Notes: generated by a model not told the origin, from the letters alone. A stretch of 32,826 bases of DNA from an uncultured Gammaproteobacteria bacterium (GCA_963797555.1 CAWCPV010000012.1:1-32826); one strand, 5' to 3'; shown: positions 1 through 9,926, counted from the stretch's first letter. Made by a program: numbers and translations.

Positions 1-801
1 ACGACTCGCCGCCCCCAGCGCTCTCACCGACCCGGTACATGCGTTACTGGGCCAAGGAGCGACGGATCGCCTCGCCGGTCTATGCGTTCAGCTTCTCCGA
101 CACGAAGGTGGCTGTGATCAAGGATCTGGCCATCCAGGGCACTTCGGTGCTGGACCGTATCCACATTTACGGTCGGACCAATATCAGCGTCGGTCCAGTT
201 CAGAAACGAGTGCCGCTTCACCAGAGGAGGATGTTCGCGGTCACCTGGAGGGCTACATTGCCGGCCCGGTGCGCATCGTCACCCGCAGCCGCGCCTGCAT
301 AGACTTGGGCTTCGGCCTATGCTTCCCGGAGGTGATCTGCCACCGCTTCTACTACCCGGATTACGCCAGGGTACCCGCCTGTTTGTGGGTGCGCTTCCCC
401 GTCCATGAGACTTCACTCATCCTGGCCCTCGATTACGGCCACTCTCCCTTCCGGCGCCTGCTGATCGGCTCGGACCAGGGCATCGTGTCTGGGACAAAGG
501 AACGCCGAACAGCCCGCGGCCACAGGACTGGCGGAACGGAAAATGGATGGTCCTGGACAGCGAGAACGGTTCGGTGGCGAGCTACGTGACGCTGCCACAG
601 GCGCTCGCGGGTCATGCGGAGGCCAGGCCGTACCTGGATTTTGGCCCTGAAGCGGCAGACCAACCAAACACGACGCAGCCCCGCGAGGTTGGGTTCAAGA
701 TTGAGGCGCCGCCGGGCACCCCAAAAGGGAGATACCTCGTCTACGGCACTTACGTCATCTCACCCGAGCCCTATCGGCCGGGTGACGGCGCTCGTGCCTG
801 A
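1..801 (+). pseudogene. 3' part of a hypothetical protein gene split over three frames (two apparent frameshifts, near 225 and near 500)
   Basis: ORF pieces 39-302, 269-589 and 547-801 join into one plausible protein: ...DRIHIYGRTNISVGPVQ / EDVRGHLEGYIAGPVRIVTR...RFYYPDY...SDQG / QDWRNGKWMVLDSENGS...YLVYGTYVISPEPY. The frame is open to the window edge. Family not recognised. Confidence 0.45.
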
Positions 802-1238
802 GCCTGCGGGACAACCCTCTGCAGTTCCGCGTCTCCCGAAGGCTGGGATCGGATACGGGGAACTCGGGCGGGCATACGGACTGAGGCCACCGCCAGGGGG
901 CGCGCCCTGAAGAGGCGAGTTCGGCCGCCTCAATCACCAGCTGCGGTGTCCCAGCGCTGCCTGCCCAGTGGACGGCCATCGGAGACCATGTCCTGGTCGC
1001 CGCGAAGAGTTGTTGGAGAGTACGGCCTTTGCGGCAGGCTCGTGCCAGGGAATGAGGTCGATGCTCGCGTAAGAGTCGAGCCCGGCGTCGGCCGGGCTTT
1101 CGAGGAAATGTCGCGGACCTCCCGGCCGGGAGACAGGCACCAGATGGCGGTGCGCCTGCTGCTCCGGCCGGGCTGCTTTCCCGTGCTCTACCGGTGGAAA
1201 TCCGTTGAGCGCGGTGGCCCGGTTCTCCGGGTCGGCGT

Positions 1239-1497
1239 TTACTTCCCTTGCTGCGGCGGGGCAGTCTCGGAGGCGGGTGCCTTGGGCTTGGTAGACAGGC
1301 ACTCCTTCATGAACTTCTTGCGCTCGGCTCCGTGCAGCTTCTTTTCGGCCGCATCCTTGTTGCAGTCCTTCATCCCTGTTGCTGCGGGTCAGAGCTTTGG
1401 TCGGAGCCTTGGTCGCTTCCGCCGCGCTGACGGCGACGGGTCCGGACAGAACCAAGCAGGCCAAGGAGGCGGCAAATACGACAGCGATCCTTTTCAT
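1239..1497 (-). pseudogene. PsiF-repeat small secreted protein, frameshifted near 1378-1390
   Basis: Signal peptide MKRIAVVFAASLACLVLSGPVAVSA, then in a shifted frame (QQQ)-MKDCNKDAAEKKLHGAERKKFMKECLS, which matches the PsiF repeat pattern. Ends TAA at 1239-1241. Length 259 nt, 2 nt short of a whole number of codons. Confidence 0.75.
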
Positions 1498-1760
1498 TGG
1501 TTTTCCCCCAAAAAGTAGAGATGGATGCCCAGTCGGCTTGGCGATTCTATCCGCCAGTCCATCCGGCTGTCCATACTGCTGACGTGGATGCAGGGCCGGG
1601 TATTCCGCGTGAGCGGGCGGCGCCACGGTTGGGGCGGTGGACTCACGGTCAGTTCTTTCCGCGACGGCATGCCGAGAGCTTAACGCTATCGACACCCGCA
1701 CCGCGGTGCGGCGATCTACCAGCTCCACGCCCCTAGCCAAGAACGGTTGTACGGCCCACC

Positions 1761-3281
1761 ATGGTGCAGGACGCCTCCCTGATCACAGCCGTCATGGCTG
1801 TCTATGTCGCTGCCATGATGGGCATCGGGGTGGTGGCCTACCGCTCCACGCAGGACTTCGCGGACTACATCCTGGGAAGCCAACGTCTGGGCTACTGGGT
1901 GTCCGCTCTTAGCGCGGAGGCGTCGGACATGAGCGGATGGCTGATGCTCGGGCTCCCGGGCTTCGCTTACACGTTCGGATTCCGGGCGGGATGGATCGCC
2001 CTGGGGTTGCTGGCCGGCACCTACCTCAACTGGCGGCTCGTGGCGCGTCGGCTTCGCCGCTACACGGAGCTTGCCGGCAACGCGCTGACCTTGCCCGATT
2101 TCTTCGAGCGCCGCTTCAACGACCGCACCCGGGTCCTGCGGGTCATCACCGCCTTCTTCATCCTGCTGTTCTTCGCCTTCTACACGAGCTCCGGTTTCGT
2201 CGCCGGGGGCAAGCTGTTCCAGTCGGTGTTCGGCCTGGACTATCGCTGGGCCGTCGCCGCCGGCGCTCTGGTAGTGGTGGCCTACACTTTCATCGGCGGA
2301 TTCTTCGCGGTGTGCTGGACGGACTCGGTCCAGGGGTTAATGATGTTAGTCGCGCTCGTGGTGCTCCCGCTCATGGCCATCTTGCACCAAGGCGGCTGGG
2401 AGCGGACGCTAGCGGCGTTGACGTTGTCCGACACGGCGATGCTGAACCCCTTGGTGTCCTCCGACGGGCGCACCCTGTCGGTGGTCGCCCTCGTCTCCCT
2501 CTTGGGATGGGGTCTGGGGTACTTCGGTCAGCCCCACATTCTGCCGCGCTTCATGGCCATCCGCTCCGAAGAGCAGATCCCCCAGGCGCGCTGGATCGCG
2601 GTGAGCTGGGTCACACTCACGCTTCTCGGTGCGGTGCTCGTGGGCATTGCCGGTGTGGGCTACTTCCGCCCGCCGCTGTCCGGGAGCGACAGCGAGAAAG
2701 TCTTCATCAAGCTGTCGCTGCTGCTTTTCGACCCGGTTGTCGCTGGCGCGCTGCTCGCGGCCATCCTGGCCGCGATCATGAGCACCGCCAGCGCCCAACT
2801 CTTGGTGTCCGCCTCGGCGCTGTCCGAGGACTTTTACAAGGCGTTCCTGCGGCCGGCCGCGAGTCCTCGCGAGCTGATGTGGGTCGGGCGCGGCGCGGTG
2901 CTCGCGGTCTCCGGCGTCGCCTGCTGGCTGGCTTTCAAGCCGGACAGCAAAGTACTAGACCTCGTGGCCCACGCCTGGGCCGGCTTCGGGGCAGCTTTCG
3001 GGCCTACCATCCTCCTGTCCCTGTACTGGCGGCGCATGACGCGCGACGGCGCCCTCGCCGGCATTGTCGTGGGCGGCATCATCGTGGTGGTGTGGCGGAA
3101 GCTGAGCGGCGGCATCTTCGACCTCTACGAGCTGGTTCCCGGCTTCGCCTTCTCGATGGCCGCCATCGTTCTGGTGAGCCTGCTGGGCAAGGCGCCGGAT
3201 GCGGCTATCCAGGAACGCTTCGATCTGGCGGCCGGACGGGTTTCGCGACCCTCGGAGCGCCAATCTAGTGAGAGCTTGTGA
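1761..3281 (+). CDS. putP: Sodium/proline symporter (SSS family)
   Basis: 506-aa polytopic membrane protein with PutP motifs ALSAEASDMSGWLMLGLPG, WGLGYFGQPHILPRFMAI, AAIMSTASAQLLV, AWAGFGAAFGP and LYELVPGF. Confidence 0.95.
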   Translation: MVQDASLITAVMAVYVAAMMGIGVVAYRSTQDFADYILGSQRLGYWVSALSAEASDMSGWLMLGLPGFAYTFGFRAGWIALGLLAGTYLNWRLVARRLRRYTELAGNALTLPDFFERRFNDRTRVLRVITAFFILLFFAFYTSSGFVAGGKLFQSVFGLDYRWAVAAGALVVVAYTFIGGFFAVCWTDSVQGLMMLVALVVLPLMAILHQGGWERTLAALTLSDTAMLNPLVSSDGRTLSVVALVSLLGWGLGYFGQPHILPRFMAIRSEEQIPQARWIAVSWVTLTLLGAVLVGIAGVGYFRPPLSGSDSEKVFIKLSLLLFDPVVAGALLAAILAAIMSTASAQLLVSASALSEDFYKAFLRPAASPRELMWVGRGAVLAVSGVACWLAFKPDSKVLDLVAHAWAGFGAAFGPTILLSLYWRRMTRDGALAGIVVGGIIVVVWRKLSGGIFDLYELVPGFAFSMAAIVLVSLLGKAPDAAIQERFDLAAGRVSRPSERQSSESL

Positions 3282-3562
3282 ACAAATCTGCTGTGTGCCC
3301 CGACAGCGGCGTTGCGCGGCGGTCATGGCGTACCTCCCTGTACGCCACCCCTTTGGGGCGTCCCGCGGACGTGCCGAATGGCTGTCCTGCCATTCGGTCA
3401 TGGCGTACCTCCCTGTACGCCACCCCTTTGGGGCGTCCCGCGGACGTGCCGAATGGCTGTCCTGCCATTCGGTCGCTCCTCGCCTATCTGCTTGATACGT
3501 CTCGTCGCTGCGCTCCGCGCGCCTCGCTCTCGGGCCGCTCGCGACGATTTCTTCCCAACCTC
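3272..3562. mobile_element. Non-autonomous MITE-like element (~291 bp) with imperfect terminal inverted repeats and a TGA target duplication
   Basis: Left end GAGCTTGTGAACAAATC, right end GATTTCTTCCCAACCTC (14/17 complementary). TGA on both sides (3269-3271, 3563-3565). The same ends recur at 24342-24386. Confidence 0.75.
3320..3474. repeat. Perfect 75-bp tandem duplication (2 units + 5 nt); each unit is a string of small hairpins
   Basis: Units start at 3320 and 3395 (CGGTCATGGCGTACC...GCCATT). Internal stems: TGGCGTAC/GTACGCCA, CCCC/GGGG, CGTCC/GGACG and CCGAATGGC/GCCATTCGG. Confidence 0.95.
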
Positions 3563-3732
3563 TGAGTACGCGGCTGGCGGCGGCGAGCGAGCCGAGATCC
3601 GCTCGGGCCGCCGATCCGGCGACTCCGGCCTTCTCGGGCCCGCGGACAGCGCGGCGTGGAGAGCCGGTGGTGGGCCGGGCCGGTTTCCGATGCCTCCGGT
3701 ACCCCGATCCGCACCTCCACCCTGGTAGTGTC

Positions 3733-4485
3733 TCAGTTTGACAACAGATGCGTAAACTGCGCCAGTTCGGTCGGGTTCACATCCGACACCGCCCAGAAGG
3801 CCATGCTCGAATGCGTGAAGTGGATCACGTTGTAGCCCTGATGCTCGATGGCACGGTTGAAAGAGTCCTTTGCCTCCGGCGCGGGCCAGATAAAGACGTT
3901 GATCAGATGTTATCGGTGCCGGTACACGAGTGCCGCGACGGCGCGGCCGTCCAGGTACTCCAATCTTCCTCCGACCAGCGGGAAGCCTTGCGCGGTGAGA
4001 TCCACGACCGGCGGCGCAAAATCCACCTTCCCGTCGAACCAAGGCTTCACGGTGTGTTGGTCGCTCGAGGCCACGTCGGTGAGATGGTTCGCCATGAGAG
4101 AGCGTATGTGGTTGGCAACCGCTTCGTCGGTCAGCCGCCGTTCGTCGTCCGGCACGCCAGGCCCCAGGAAAGCGAGATTCCACGCCATCATCAGGGCCAC
4201 CGCGAGGGAAGCCCCCACACCGAGCCAACCCCACGGCACCATAAGCAATTTCGCGGAGCTGACGGGGCCCCCGCCGGAGGCCGATCGGATTCGTGCACGG
4301 AGATGGGGTGCCGCAAACCGGCGAGCCTTGGTGCGAACGGCGTCGCTGAGGTCGGTGTGCAACTGGTACGCCTGCTTGCAGGCCAGGCAGGTCAGGAGAT
4401 GGTCTTCGACGCCCCGGCTCGCCAGGGCGTCCAGCTCCCCGTCGGTATAGAGATGCACCCTGTCGAGTGCGTCCTGGCAGTTCAT
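3733..4485 (-). pseudogene. Transmembrane zinc-binding (ZAS/zf-HC2) anti-sigma factor with an in-frame TAA at 3910-3912
   Basis: MNC...YTDGELD...HLLTCLAC, a TM helix, and SSDQHTVKPWFDGKVDFAPPV...GGRLEY. The same frame continues after the TAA as HLINVFIWP...GYNVIHF...FWAVSDVNPTELAQF to TGA at 3733. Confidence 0.9.
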
Positions 4486-4486
4486 T

Positions 4487-5077
4487 TCAACCCTCCTCGC
4501 CTACGCGGCTCTGCACTCGCTCGCGGAGCATGAGGCGGGCGCGCGACAGGCGCGACATCACGGTGCCCAAAGGAACCGTCAGGACCTTGCCGATCTCCTT
4601 GTAGGACAGGTCCTCCAGCTCTCTCAGGATCAAGACCTCTTTGTATGGCAGCGGCAGTTCCTCGATGGCCGCGTTGATCAACTCCGCATCCACCGCCCTC
4701 GGCGCCAAGGTCTCCGGGTTATTGTTGGCGGAGGCGCCGGCGACCCCCGGGTTGGCCTTATCCCCTTCTGCGTAAGCCTCCTCGTCGAAGCCTGCCACAA
4801 TCTCCTTGGGCCGGTTCACGCTCAGCCAACTGTAACAGGTGTGCCGGACGATGGTGAGCAGCCAAGAGCGGCCGTTGTCACCATGGAATCCGTCGAGATA
4901 CTTCAATGCACGCATGAAGCTCTCCTGCACTACGTCGTCCGCATCGTGACCGTTTCCGGTGAGCCAACGCGCCAGATTGTAGGCCGCGTCCAAGTGGGGC
5001 AAAGCGATCTGTTCGAAACGCTTGAGCCTATCCCGATCGGACAAGAACGCTTGCTCCAAGGGGCGGACACCGATCAT
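4487..5077 (-). CDS. ECF (sigma-70 group 4) RNA polymerase sigma factor
   Basis: Region 2 motif LPHLDAAYNLARWLTGNGHDADDVVQE...WLLTIVR and region 4 motif LRELEDLSYKEI...GTVMSRLSRAR. Directly upstream of the anti-sigma gene. The true start may be TTG at 5044, after a GGAG RBS. Confidence 0.95.
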   Translation of the reverse strand: MIGVRPLEQAFLSDRDRLKRFEQIALPHLDAAYNLARWLTGNGHDADDVVQESFMRALKYLDGFHGDNGRSWLLTIVRHTCYSWLSVNRPKEIVAGFDEEAYAEGDKANPGVAGASANNNPETLAPRAVDAELINAAIEELPLPYKEVLILRELEDLSYKEIGKVLTVPLGTVMSRLSRARLMLRERVQSRVGEEG

Positions 5078-5102
5078 ACCCCGCGCACGGGGACTTTATT
5101 CC
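5075..5102 (-). promoter_or_regulatory. Putative ECF-type promoter for the sigma/anti-sigma operon
   Basis: Minus strand reads GGAATA-AAGTCC...(16-nt spacer)-GGTATG, with a GGAA-type -35 element. A similar GGAATAttGTCC occurs on the opposite strand at 5194. Confidence 0.55.
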
Positions 5103-5193
5103 AAGCGCACCGCAAAACGGGCCTGCTGTGACCGGGCCAGGGCCAACTGGACACCGCCGTTGGCCAGGTCCCCCCGGCGCTATCGGCTGGTCG

Positions 5194-5222
5194 GGAATAT
5201 TGTCCGCAGAAATCAGGGTGGA
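5194..5222 (+). promoter_or_regulatory. Putative ECF-type promoter for the metallophosphoesterase-cupredoxin operon
   Basis: GGAATATTGTCC...GGTGGA, about 45 nt upstream of the GAAGGAG RBS and ATG at 5265. Confidence 0.5.
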
Positions 5223-5264
5223 CAGGTAGCTGAAACGGATTCAGCGCAACCGAAGGAGACGGAC

Positions 5265-6176
5265 ATGAGTTCAGCGATCGACAGAAGGGCGTTCTTGAAA
5301 CTGGCCGGTATCGGAGGTGTGGTGTTCGCCTCGGGCATCGGATTCAGGCATCTCGGCGGCGGCGCCCACGCCGCCCGAAAGACACCGTTGGAGGACTTCT
5401 TTTTCGTGCAGCTGTCCGACACGCATTGGGGCTTCAAGGGACCGAGCATCAACCCGGACGCCGCGAATACCCTGAAGAAGGCTGTTGCCGCGGTCAACGC
5501 GCTCCCGCACGAGCCCGACTTCGTCGTTTTTACCGGGGACTTGACTCACACCACCGACGACCCGCGAGAGCGCCGGGAACGACTGGGCGCCTTCCGCGAG
5601 ATTGTCTCCGGGCTGAAGGTCAAGGATGTGAAGTTCATGCCGGGTGAACACGATGCTTCCCTGGACCAAGGCGAGGCTTACCGCGAGTTCTTCGGAACAC
5701 CGAACTATACGTTCGACCACAAGGGCATCCACTTCATCGTCCTGGATAACGTCTCTGACCCTCGCGCCTTGATCGGCGAGGCACAGCTCCAGTGGCTGTA
5801 GGCCGACCTGCAGCAGCTCGATCGGGAGGCCCCGATCGTTGTGCTCACTCACAGGCCGTTGTTCGACCTCTATCCCCAGTGGGACTGGGCGACGCGGGAT
5901 GGCAGCCGGGCCATCGAGCTGCTCACACCGTACAGAAACGTCGTTGTTTTCTATGGGCACATCCACCAGGAGCATCACCATATGACGGGGAACATCGCTC
6001 ACCACGCGGCGAAGTCCTTGATTTTTCCACTCCCGGCTCCTGGCTCCCTGCCCAAACGGGTCCCCTTACCCTGGGATCCGGCTTACCCCTATCGGGGCAT
6101 AGGGTTCCGGGGTGTGCAGACCAGGACGCAGGACGGCATGTATCTCTTGGACGAAAGACCGGTGGTCGGGAGCTGA
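5265..6176 (+). pseudogene. Tat-exported calcineurin-like metallophosphoesterase with an in-frame TAG at 5799-5801
   Basis: Tat motif DRRAFLK; metal motifs SDTH, TGDL, PGEHD, THRP and GHIH. ORFs 5022-5801 and 5841-6176 share one frame (QWL*ADLQQLDREAPIVVLTHRPL). Confidence 0.9.
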
Positions 6177-6179
6177 GCC

Positions 6180-6558
6180 ATGAAACTCACGACAGCGAGA
6201 GACTGGGTCCTGGGAATCACTACCCTGACGGCAATCGTCGGCGTGGGCATGACGGCGGTGAGCTGTACTGCCCATCCCACAGAACGGGTGGTCCGGATCA
6301 CCGCAAAGAGGTTCGAATACCAGCCGGCCTCGGTGACCCTGGAAGAAAGGCGAGCCGGTCGTGATCGAGTTGACTTCGCTCGATCGCTTGCACGGCTTTA
6401 CCCAGCCGGACCTCGGGATTCGCGCCGACGTGCTGCCGGGTCAGACCGCCCGCGTCCACTTCGTGCCGCGAGAGTCCGGTCTGTTCCCGTTCCACTGCGA
6501 CATTTTTTGCGGCACCGGTCATGAAGGCATGACCGGGACGATTCGGGTGGTCGACTGA
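6180..6558 (+). pseudogene. Secreted CuA-type cupredoxin (cytochrome c oxidase subunit II-like), +1 frameshift near 6342
   Basis: Signal peptide, ITAKRFEYQPASVTL/KKGEPVVIELTSLDRLHGF, and C-terminal HCDIFCGTGHEGM, the CuA ligand pattern H...CxxxCxxxHxxM. An extra G in CTG G AAG breaks the frame. Confidence 0.88.
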
Positions 6559-6727
6559 CCAGCGAAGTCGATCGATCCGGGATCTCCCGATGCTTGCCCA
6601 ACTGCGCCGAGGTAGAGCCAGGGAGCCGCGGGTTCCTCGGTCTGCTTACCGCAGCCGGTCAGCCGCGACCTGGAGACCTGCACTGAAGCCGTACGGGAGC
6701 CCGTCACGACCTGGAATGTTTCGCCCG

Positions 6728-9700
6728 CTACAGGCGTGGCGCACGCTCGACCGTCGAGGCCCCGCGCAGCACCTCTTGCACGGGTGCGGCATCAAGAAGC
6801 GCATCGCGCAGGGCCGGAGCCTCAACCAGCGACTGTGCGAGTTGGCTGAGTATCTGCGCACTCATGCTCCGGTACCGACTGGCTTCCGTCTCGTGCTTGG
6901 CCTCCTGGCGCAGTCTGGCCGCCATGGCATAGACCCGCCATTGCGCCAGCGGCGCTTCCACGTTTTCCAGCGCCGCCAGCGCGCCCGCGACCTGGTGCTC
7001 GGCTTGCTCTGGGGTGCCCTGCGCCACAGCGATCTCCGCCAGAGTCAGTCGCCCTAACGAGAGCCATGTGCGCTGCTGAGGCGGCGCGGCCATCACGCAT
7101 ACGCGTTCGGCCTCGCGCCGCGCCGCGTCGAGGTCCCCTTGGGCCAAGTGATACTCGCTGAGCCCCTGGTGCAGCGGCAGTTGCAATGACCAATCGGTCG
7201 GTCGGCCCTGCCCTTCACTCTGTGCCGAGGCCCGGCTGAAGCATTCCAAGGCTTGACCGTACTGCCTGAGGCCGAGGTGGGAGTACCCCAGCAGCACCAG
7301 ACTCAAGTGGCGCCCGGGCCCATATTGGAGCTGCTGCGCACGGCCGAGCTGCCGCTCGCACAGAAGGCGGGCCTGTTCGTAGTCGAATGCATGCAAATGC
7401 AGCCAAGCCAGCTCGAGCTCGAACAGCATGGCCCAGAACGGATGGCCGTTCTTTTCCGCCAGCTCGATGGCTTCTCCAGCGATCCTCTGCATCTCGCCCC
7501 ATTGTCCAAGATGCAGCAGGGACAGGAGCAGGTAGAACTGACAGTGCATATGCTCGAAGCCATCGCCCAGCTCCAAGGCAATCTGCATTCCTTCCCGCGC
7601 GGTGCGGCACGCCGCTCGGTACTCCGACTGGAGAAACTGAAAGCACGCGCACCGTCCGGCATGGGTCATCACCAGCGCCGAGTCTCCGGCTCGATGCGCC
7701 GCGTCCATGGCATCTTTGCAGGCCTGCACGTCCTCGTCGCGCCATTCGCGGAACAAGGAGTACCAGTGCCCATGGAAACTGCGGGCATGCGCTCGCAGCA
7801 ACGAGTCATCGAGCCTGGCGCTGAGTGCGACGGCCTGTTCTGCGGTCGCCAGACATTGCTCCACATCGACCCAGGCGAGGATGACCGCCAGATAGCACAG
7901 AGCCTTCACCTCGTAGTCGATGTGTCCATGCTCGTGCGCGTGTGCCGCAAGCGCACGGAACGTTTGCAGCGCACCCGCCACGTCATATCCCATGGAGCGC
8001 TGCACCAGGCCGAGCTGCTCGAGCACTGCCAGGCGTCCATCCACCCGATCGCTCTCGGGCACACGTTCGACCAGGGCTAACGCCTGGGTTAGAGAACCGA
8101 CGGCCTCGCGGTTGGCCGAGCGCCGGGCGGCGTTGTCAGCGGCAAGGCGCAAGTAGCGCACGGCCCGCGCATAGTCGTGGCTCTGCTCGAAGTGCACCCC
8201 GAGCTCCGCTGCGACCTCTCTTACGCGGGCGCCGTAGCTGCGCTCGCCATACTCCCCGACGCGTTGGTGGTAGCGCGTGCGCCGCGCCGCCCCAATCCTG
8301 CCGTACCACAGGTTCTGATAGAAGGTGTGGATGAACGCGTAGCGCTGACCCGGCGCCCCATGCGGAGGCACGTCGGTGTCGCTGGGCTGTATGAACTGGA
8401 CGAGATGCGTGAGGCGCTGGCAACAGTCCTCCACCGCAATGGGATCCTGCTCCAGCGCGGCCGCCACTTGCGCCGACGAGAAGGTCGTTCCTGCGACGCT
8501 CGCGGCCTCGAGCACGCCCTGTTCCGCGGCGTTCAGACGTTCCATCTGCTGCTCGATCATCTGCTGAATGTTCTCCGGCACCCCGAGCTGGATGGCCTCA
8601 AGGCTCACCGTCATCTCCCAGCGCTCGCCTATGCGCGCTAGCAACCCCTGTGCAACCAAGTAGCTCAGCAGGTTGACCATGAACAAGGGATTGCCTTCGG
8701 TGCGCCGATGGATCAGTGCCGGCAGCTCGGGCGGGAAGTCATTGTCTGGGAACTGCGCCGCGAGGTATTCCCTTACCGCCCCCTGCGTCAGATACGCCAG
8801 CGGCAGCTCGGCGCAGGTGCCGTGGGCCTGCAGGTCCGCCTTGACGACTTGCAGAGGATGCCCGCTCGCGCGCACGTCCGCCGGGCGATAGGTACCGAGC
8901 AGCAACAGGCGGGCCGGCGCCTGCCGCCGCGCCAGATAGGAGATCAAGTCGAGGGTGGCGTAGTCGCTCCACTGCAGATCTTCAAGGACCAGGACCAACG
9001 GCACTGCGGCAGTGAGTGCCTCCAATGCCTCGGCCAGCTCGCGCAGCATGCGCTCGCGGGTAGCGCCGAGGGTCTCGCGCTTGAGCCCATCGGTGCCCGC
9101 GGCGCTCATGAGCGAAGGCATCTGCACCAGCCAGGTGGGGGCGAAGTGGGTCAGCAATTCGAGCACGCGCCTCTGCCCGGCGGAGCGCGCGAGTCCGCCG
9201 ATCGCCTCGAGCACGGGCAGATACGCTTCCCCGGCGCCGTATTGCTCCAGGCACTGCCCGTGGGCGATCACCGGTTGCGGCTCGACGAGGCGTTCCACGA
9301 ATGCCTGCAGGATTGTCGTCTTGCCGATCCCGGGTTCTCCGGTGACGAACACCGTGCGGCGCGTGCCGGCGAGCGCGGCCCTCATCTGGGCCTGCAACTG
9401 CGCCAGCGCCGCCTCCCGCTCCACCAGACGGACGGGGCGGATATGTGTGAGCCTGGGAAGCTGTGGCAGGGCGGTGGACAGCGTGTGATCTGACGGCAGC
9501 TCGATCGGCTGTTCCACCGCGGCGATGAAGCGGTAGCCGCGGCGGTGGCGGGTCTCAATGAAACGCGGACTTTTCGGGTCATCCTCGATGGCCTTGCGGA
9601 TTTCGCGGACGCACACCTTGAGCACGCCGTCGCTTACGTAACCCCGTGGCCAGACGACATCCAACAGCTCCTGCTTGGTCACCAGCCGTGCCCGGTGTTC

Positions 9701-9823
9701 CACAAGATGTCGAAGGACGGCGAAAGATTTTGGAGTGAGATGGATTTGGCCGGCGTCCCGCCACAGGCACTGATTGGCGAGATCGAGCCGAAACGGGCCG
9801 AATATCACGGAAGTCTCCACCAC
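6728..9823 (-). CDS. Large transcriptional regulator: OmpR/PhoB-type winged helix + STAND (AAA_16-like) ATPase + helical/TPR-like repeats
   Basis: N-terminal FGPFRLDLANQCLWRD...LTPKSFAVL...LVTKQELLDVVW...LKVCVREIRKAI...FIETRHRRGYRF. Walker A GEPGIGKT, Walker B LVLVLED, RTEGNPLF, then a long Ala/Leu-rich helical C-terminus. Start placed at GTG 9823 because the paralogous remnant at 22905 begins there; the ORF is open to 9865. Confidence 0.9.
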   Translation of the reverse strand: MVETSVIFGPFRLDLANQCLWRDAGQIHLTPKSFAVLRHLVEHRARLVTKQELLDVVWPRGYVSDGVLKVCVREIRKAIEDDPKSPRFIETRHRRGYRFIAAVEQPIELPSDHTLSTALPQLPRLTHIRPVRLVEREAALAQLQAQMRAALAGTRRTVFVTGEPGIGKTTILQAFVERLVEPQPVIAHGQCLEQYGAGEAYLPVLEAIGGLARSAGQRRVLELLTHFAPTWLVQMPSLMSAAGTDGLKRETLGATRERMLRELAEALEALTAAVPLVLVLEDLQWSDYATLDLISYLARRQAPARLLLLGTYRPADVRASGHPLQVVKADLQAHGTCAELPLAYLTQGAVREYLAAQFPDNDFPPELPALIHRRTEGNPLFMVNLLSYLVAQGLLARIGERWEMTVSLEAIQLGVPENIQQMIEQQMERLNAAEQGVLEAASVAGTTFSSAQVAAALEQDPIAVEDCCQRLTHLVQFIQPSDTDVPPHGAPGQRYAFIHTFYQNLWYGRIGAARRTRYHQRVGEYGERSYGARVREVAAELGVHFEQSHDYARAVRYLRLAADNAARRSANREAVGSLTQALALVERVPESDRVDGRLAVLEQLGLVQRSMGYDVAGALQTFRALAAHAHEHGHIDYEVKALCYLAVILAWVDVEQCLATAEQAVALSARLDDSLLRAHARSFHGHWYSLFREWRDEDVQACKDAMDAAHRAGDSALVMTHAGRCACFQFLQSEYRAACRTAREGMQIALELGDGFEHMHCQFYLLLSLLHLGQWGEMQRIAGEAIELAEKNGHPFWAMLFELELAWLHLHAFDYEQARLLCERQLGRAQQLQYGPGRHLSLVLLGYSHLGLRQYGQALECFSRASAQSEGQGRPTDWSLQLPLHQGLSEYHLAQGDLDAARREAERVCVMAAPPQQRTWLSLGRLTLAEIAVAQGTPEQAEHQVAGALAALENVEAPLAQWRVYAMAARLRQEAKHETEASRYRSMSAQILSQLAQSLVEAPALRDALLDAAPVQEVLRGASTVERAPRL

Positions 9824-9843
9824 GCGAGGTTCACTGCGGACTC

Positions 9844-9926
9844 CATCCTTGGCTAACCGAAACACTACTCAGAATTAACCCCGAGCTTATGACTCCCGCG
9901 CCGCGAGGCGGGATGATTTCTCCAAG
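9844..9926 (+). promoter_or_regulatory. Promoter block copy A: 11-bp-period direct repeats followed by a sigma70-like -35/-10
   Basis: Pentamers TAACC/CTACT/TAACC/TTATG at 11-bp spacing (9854, 9865, 9876, 9887), then ATGACT(9889)-N17-GATGAT(9912). 69/83 identical, ungapped, to the reverse complement of 22802-22884. Confidence 0.75.

Noticed and set aside
1937-3268. Long alternative-frame and antisense ORFs (e.g. 1937-3268, 19754-21196, 31535-32530, 7253-8080)
   Set aside because: Shadow ORFs of real GC-rich genes, with Arg/Pro/Ala-rich composition and no motifs.
3320-3474. Possible CRISPR array
   Set aside because: Two adjacent identical 75-bp units with no unique spacers and no cas genes; it lies inside a TIR-bounded element.
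3910-5801. Stop-codon reassignment or readthrough (in-frame TAA at 3910, TAG at 5799)
   Set aside because: TAA and TAG end other genes normally here (PsiF-like TAA; regulator and IS1634 transposase TAG), and neighbouring genes have frameshifts. Nonsense mutation is the simpler explanation.
6728-9865. STAND protein as an Avs-type antiphage NLR
   Set aside because: The N-terminus is an OmpR-type DNA-binding domain rather than a nuclease or other effector, and it sits divergent from a promoter with tandem boxes, which fits a transcription factor.
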